Below, piece by piece: positions 59,367 through 64,000 of a stretch of 64,000 bases of DNA (its first letter is position 1; each line of letters starts with the position of its first letter). The stretch comes from Candidatus Hadarchaeota archaeon (GTDB taxonomy: Archaea > Hadarchaeota > Hadarchaeia > Hadarchaeales > JAGGTB01). The position numbers and the translations under genes were made by a program. The notes beneath the pieces were generated by a model. It had not been told where the DNA came from. It worked only from the letters and a program-made list of their open reading frames with translations, and ran no database searches. The stretch covers positions 160,001-224,000 of the forward strand of contig CAYLJV010000002.1 in NCBI GenBank assembly GCA_964384105.1, written 5' to 3'.

Positions 59367-61247
59367 TTATTTTGGCAGATCTTCGATTGCAAAATCCAAT
59401 CCAAGTTCCTTCAGCTTAGATTTAGTTGGAATACCCTCTGGCCAATCTTTGACCTTATAGTACTCCTCCATCATCTTTTCGAAAGGCGGTATCTTATCTT
59501 GAGCTCCACCTTCTTCATGTGGTGTCATTATTCTAGCTGGTAATTTCTCGTCAACTTTGGGATCCATTCCATGCTTTAGGTTGAACATTCTCTGTAAGTT
59601 GATTATTCTTTCTCCTGCCTTCAATAGATCGCTGTACTCAAGATTCCAACCGGTTACGGCATTGAGCAGTTTCGTGATGTACTCTGGCGTCACTCCAGAA
59701 AACTCGTAGAAGAAACACCATGGTAATGAATTGTTTACCGCTTGTCTGTCTTGGAACTTAGCAGCAGCTAAACCTTTCTTTTCAACTGCGTGTCTATCAA
59801 GTTGCTCATCTAGCTCTGGACTTGCTTCTGGGAAAGTAACTCCCAACTCTATAGCTTCTGGGAACCCATGCAAGTGGCAAGCGCCTCTTGTAGAAGTCGC
59901 AGTTTCAACAGCCATTGAGAAGAAAGCTCTTGGATCATGCGCAGGAACAGCCATTCCATTAACATGTAAAGCTATCTCTGGACAGTTCAGTTCTTCACCA
60001 GCGGGTCTAAGACCTTCTCCAAGCAACGTTGGGATCTCTCCATCTCTTTTAGCGACCTTCTTAAGCAATTTTATCATAGCATCGCCGTCGCCCCACTCTA
60101 ATTCGAAACCAAGGTCTTCCTTAGTGATTATGCCTCGTTCGTAAGCTTCCATCGCAAACGCACAGATACCTCCGAAATCTATAGTATCAAGACCAAGTCT
60201 GTTACAAAGCTCGTTTGCCTTGTTTATCGCTTTCAAATCATCAATTAAACAATTGGATCCCATCATACCCAAAGTCTCGTATTCTGGGCCATAGTTATCC
60301 ATAGCATACTTTTTTGGTTCTTCTACAGTAACTCTTCGATGACATCCCATTACACAAGGCGCACAAGCATCTGGTGTTGGATTTAGTACATCATTGAACT
60401 TACCACCGCTTCCTGCTCCGATTTCCAAGGCTCCTTCTTTCCAGTTGCCTTCAGCGAAGTTTTTCATTGGTAAAAGACCGCTTTCCTCTCTCGGAACAAC
60501 TGCCATAGCCTGGCCTAGTTCTCTGTTATCCTTAGTAAAGTCCGCATCTTGAATTATTGGAAGAAGCTCTTTCTTAATCGATTTTAATTCATCTGGATTA
60601 GCAATCTCTACATCCATCGTTCCTCTAAAGGCGATAGCTTTGAGATTTTTAGAGCCCATTACTGCACCCATACCGGTTCTACCAGCGCATCCATGTCCAT
60701 AGTTAGCGAATATTCCTGCATATCTTACTAATTTCTCTGCTGCTGGACCTATAGGAGCTATTCTAATATTTTCGTCACCTAGCTCTTCTTTTATAGCATC
60801 TTCTGTCTCAAATGAATCTTTTTTACCCCACAGATGGGAGGCGTCTTTAAGTTCAGCTTCTCCATCATGGACCCACAGGTAAACTGGTTTTTCAGCTTTG
60901 CCCGTAACAACAATAGCATCAAAACCTGCCTTCTTCATTTCTTTCGCGTTGTAGCCGCCACCTAAAGACTCTCCCCAAATACCACTCAGAGGAGATTTGG
61001 CACAGGCAACGTATCTACCACTTCCAAGTATTCCTGTCCCTGGGAAAGGACCTACTGCATAAACAAAGACGTTTTCCGGTCCAAGGGGATCAGCATCTTC
61101 TGGAACTTCATCGTAAACAATCTTAGTAGCTAGACCAACACCGCCTATCCACTTTTCAGCCATTTCATCGCTGATTTCCTCGGTAGTTATTTCCTCGTTA
61201 GTGAGGTCTACTCTCAGTATTTTACCCCAATATCCTTTACTTTTCAA
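59367..61247 (-). CDS. tungsten aldehyde:ferredoxin oxidoreductase (AOR family)
   Basis: GYWGKILRVDLT, AKSPLSG, GRTGMGAVMGSKNLKAI, CAPCVMGC, GPEYET, GLDTI, HDPR, RGACH. Confidence 0.94.
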   Translation of the reverse strand: MKSKGYWGKILRVDLTNEEITTEEISDEMAEKWIGGVGLATKIVYDEVPEDADPLGPENVFVYAVGPFPGTGILGSGRYVACAKSPLSGIWGESLGGGYNAKEMKKAGFDAIVVTGKAEKPVYLWVHDGEAELKDASHLWGKKDSFETEDAIKEELGDENIRIAPIGPAAEKLVRYAGIFANYGHGCAGRTGMGAVMGSKNLKAIAFRGTMDVEIANPDELKSIKKELLPIIQDADFTKDNRELGQAMAVVPREESGLLPMKNFAEGNWKEGALEIGAGSGGKFNDVLNPTPDACAPCVMGCHRRVTVEEPKKYAMDNYGPEYETLGMMGSNCLIDDLKAINKANELCNRLGLDTIDFGGICAFAMEAYERGIITKEDLGFELEWGDGDAMIKLLKKVAKRDGEIPTLLGEGLRPAGEELNCPEIALHVNGMAVPAHDPRAFFSMAVETATSTRGACHLHGFPEAIELGVTFPEASPELDEQLDRHAVEKKGLAAAKFQDRQAVNNSLPWCFFYEFSGVTPEYITKLLNAVTGWNLEYSDLLKAGERIINLQRMFNLKHGMDPKVDEKLPARIMTPHEEGGAQDKIPPFEKMMEEYYKVKDWPEGIPTKSKLKELGLDFAIEDLPK

Positions 61248-61431
61248 ATTTTCACCTCCTTGTTCTACTAGTCGAGAGTTACTTTCTAGAACTTTTTAGT
61301 TTTTGGGTAATGATCTCTATAGAAAATTAAAGTGTAAAAAAATATTTACTTAGGAAAAAAAGTACTGTTTTCTCTTCAATAAACATCTAGGAGAAAAAAT
61401 AGGTCATCAGGAACGGATTATCTATAAAAAT

Positions 61432-62391
61432 TTGAAAAAGATGAATATATTGGATGATATATTATTGAGAAACAAAATGAAAAATAATTTTGTGAGAAAA
61501 ATTCCAAAAACAGAAAATATCTATTCAATAGGACAAGGACAATTTGGACCAGATCCTGGAACGTCTTATCTCATAAATTCGCCTAAAAAAATCTTGATCG
61601 AAACAGGAACATCCAAATCCGTCCCAAGTATAGTAGAGGACCTAAATAAAATCGGGGTAAGTAAACTGGATTATATAGCACTAACTCATATTCACCTAGA
61701 CCATGCGGGTGGAGCAAGCTTTCTCTCAAAAAGATTTCCAGAAGCTAGAATATTAGTCCATAAAAAAGGCGTAAAGCACCTCATAGACCCCTCCAAGCTA
61801 AAAGAAAGTGTGGAAAGAGCAGTTGGAAAATTATTTGATTTATATGGAAGCGTTAAACCCATTCAAAAAGAAAGAATAATTTCGCTATCTGGAAATGAGG
61901 AAATAGATCTAGGGAATGGATACAAATTAAAACCAATAGACTCGCCAGGCCATGCCCCACACCATCTCTGCTATTACGAAAGCAAAGAAAGAGTCCTATT
62001 CACAGGAGATGCTGCAGGGATATATTATCCCAAATCAGGGAAACTATTACCCTCAACTCCACCTCCAAATTTTGATTTAGAAGAAGAATTGAAAACGATA
62101 AAAAAATTGAAGAAGCTACCCGCGAAATTTCTCGCTTACACACACACAGGATGGAAATCAGACCCACAGGAGAGCTTAGAAAAATACGAAAATTTACTCA
62201 AAGAATGGGTTAGTGAAATCATGGAAAGGAAAGATGAGATTGATGAAGAGAAATCTCTGATAAACAGAATAGTAGAAAAGTATACTCCAATTTGGGCCGA
62301 ATCTGAAAAAGATAAAGAAATAATGAAAGGGAAAATAAAAATGGATGTAGAGGGCGTACTATTATATCTGAAGAAAAAATCAGACAAATAA
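61432..62391 (+). CDS. MBL-fold metallohydrolase
   Basis: THIHLDHAGG, SPGHAPHH, FTGDAAG, TPPPNFD; true start probably downstream. Confidence 0.9.
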   Translation: MKKMNILDDILLRNKMKNNFVRKIPKTENIYSIGQGQFGPDPGTSYLINSPKKILIETGTSKSVPSIVEDLNKIGVSKLDYIALTHIHLDHAGGASFLSKRFPEARILVHKKGVKHLIDPSKLKESVERAVGKLFDLYGSVKPIQKERIISLSGNEEIDLGNGYKLKPIDSPGHAPHHLCYYESKERVLFTGDAAGIYYPKSGKLLPSTPPPNFDLEEELKTIKKLKKLPAKFLAYTHTGWKSDPQESLEKYENLLKEWVSEIMERKDEIDEEKSLINRIVEKYTPIWAESEKDKEIMKGKIKMDVEGVLLYLKKKSDK

Positions 62392-62442
62392 TCGAATTTT
62401 TATGGAGTAATTAATTAATCTAATTCAAAGGAGAGAAAAACA

Positions 62443-63627
62443 ATGAAAGTCGCACTTGCGTACTCTGGTGGTTTGGACACCTCTATCTGTCTCAAACTTC
62501 TACAAGAAGAATATGATGCAGAGCTAATCACAGTAGCGGCTAACGTTGGGCAAGATCCAGAAAAGCTGAAAGAGATAGAAAAGAAAGCAAAGGATTTTGG
62601 AGTACTCAAACACTACGGAATAGACCTAACGAAGGAGTTCGTGAAAGACTACATATTTCCGAGCATCAAAGCCAACGGACTTTACGAAGGATACCCGCTA
62701 TCAACTGCTTTAGCAAGATATCCAACGGCTGCAAAACTGGTTGAAATAGCCAATAAGGAAAATTGTGAAGCAATAGCTCACGGATGCACTGGAAAAGGAA
62801 ACGACCAGTTTAGATTCGATATAACAATCTCCATTAAAGATCCAGATATGAAAATAATAGCCCCGGTGAGGGAAAGAAACCTCGACCGACAGTGGGAGAT
62901 AGAATATGCCAAAGAAAACAATATTCCCGTACCAGTAGACATAGACGAGCCATATAGTATTGATATGAATATATGGGGCCGATCGATAGAAGGAGGAGAA
63001 CTCGAAGACCCGGAGAATGAACCTCCAGAAAAAATATACGAACTCACGAAATCGCCTACGGAAGCTCCAACAGAACCTCAGTTAATAGAAATAGATTTTG
63101 AAAACGGAATACCTGTAGCCTTGAATGGAAAGAAAACAGATGGAATCTCTATGATAAAAGAGCTGAATAAAAAAGCCGGAGAATACGGAGTAGGAAGAAT
63201 TGACATAATCGAGGACCGTGCACTTGGCTTAAAATCTAGAGAAAATTACGAAGCCCCAGCGGCTACTGTTCTAATAAATGCTCACAAAGCCTTGGAGCAA
63301 CTCGTCCTAACACGAGAGGAAATCAAGTTCAAAGAATACGTAGATAGTCTCTGGTCCGACATGGTCTACCGAGGCTTATGGTTCGACCCATTTAAAGAAG
63401 ATTTAGACGCCTTCATCAACAAGACCCAGGAAAGGGTAACAGGTAAAGTCAAAGTAAAACTTGAACCTGGAAGTGCTAGAGTAGTATCAAAGAAATCTCA
63501 ATACAGTTTACTAGAACCCGAGATGGTCTCCTTTGACAAATATGGGTTTGACCAAAAGGACTCAACGAGAGTAATTAAGTTTCAAGCCCTACCTGGAAAG
63601 ATTTACAGAAAAAGGAAAAAGGACTGA
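62443..63627 (+). CDS. argG: argininosuccinate synthase
   Basis: LAYSGGLDTS, YEGYPL, HGCTGKGNDQFRF, YSIDMNIWGRSIEGG, KSRENYEAP. Confidence 0.97.
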   Translation: MKVALAYSGGLDTSICLKLLQEEYDAELITVAANVGQDPEKLKEIEKKAKDFGVLKHYGIDLTKEFVKDYIFPSIKANGLYEGYPLSTALARYPTAAKLVEIANKENCEAIAHGCTGKGNDQFRFDITISIKDPDMKIIAPVRERNLDRQWEIEYAKENNIPVPVDIDEPYSIDMNIWGRSIEGGELEDPENEPPEKIYELTKSPTEAPTEPQLIEIDFENGIPVALNGKKTDGISMIKELNKKAGEYGVGRIDIIEDRALGLKSRENYEAPAATVLINAHKALEQLVLTREEIKFKEYVDSLWSDMVYRGLWFDPFKEDLDAFINKTQERVTGKVKVKLEPGSARVVSKKSQYSLLEPEMVSFDKYGFDQKDSTRVIKFQALPGKIYRKRKKD

Positions 63628-63631
63628 TTAA

Positions 63632-64000
63632 ATGCTTCGGGGGGGCCGTTTTGAGAAGTCCATGGACCCTGATGCTGCGGAATATTCAGCCTCCTTAGAC
63701 AGTGATACTCGACTTTTCGACTCTGTAATACAGATAAATATAGCACATGCTCAGATGCTCAAAAAGCAGGAGATCCTCAAAAAGGAAGACGCAGACACAA
63801 TAATTGAAGCCTTGTTAGAACTACAGGAGACTGGTACAGATGCCCTCGATTTACGTCCAGATTTAGAAGACATTCACATGGTACTAGAAGAGTACCTAAA
63901 AAAAGAAATCGGAGAAGAAACTGCAGGTAAATTACATACAGCAAAAAGTAGGAACGATCAAGTCTCTGCATCAATTAGAATATTCTTGAGAGAAGAAATC
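63632..64000 (+). CDS. argH: argininosuccinate lyase, 5' part (runs off window)
   Basis: Hand translation MLRGGRF...SLDSDTRLF...AHAQML...EDIHM..EEYL...GKLHTAKSRNDQV; follows argG. Confidence 0.93.
   Translation, partial: MLRGGRFEKSMDPDAAEYSASLDSDTRLFDSVIQINIAHAQMLKKQEILKKEDADTIIEALLELQETGTDALDLRPDLEDIHMVLEEYLKKEIGEETAGKLHTAKSRNDQVSASIRIFLREEI

Noticed and set aside
1-64000. CRISPR array, IS element, provirus or rRNA
   Set aside because: No regularly spaced repeats, transposase/integrase/capsid ORFs or rRNA-like sequence observed.

Overview
Low-GC archaeal chromosome segment. An anaerobic, euryarchaeal-type gene set (Tes, CarS, SepCysS, tungsten AOR, DnaG, pelota, Fen1, RpoK) fits an MSBL1/Hadarchaeota-like lineage; that assignment is inference only. 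Much of the window is housekeeping: DNA/RNA processing, tRNA modification, ether-lipid synthesis, Met/Cys/Arg synthesis, and one tRNA-Cys(GCA). No CRISPR array, integrase or transposase was seen. Notable accessory blocks are: (1) a 14.5 kb catabolic island (46.7-61.2 kb) with a LIV-type ABC importer, class III aminotransferase, alanine dehydrogenase, AOR, glycerol dehydrogenase, glycerate kinase and 2-hydroxyacid dehydrogenase, plus shared leader motifs, suggesting breakdown of a C3 amino-alcohol or amino acid; (2) six pilin-like (class III signal peptide) genes with no motor ATPase, divergent from a GxGD protease; (3) an APC permease with an exported Cys-His-Glu amidohydrolase; (4) an ArsR/thioredoxin redox cluster with a shared operator. 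Genes absent from the ORF track were found: an ATT-initiated PC4-like protein, a SepCysE-N-like peptide, a metY remnant, and partial genes at both window ends.
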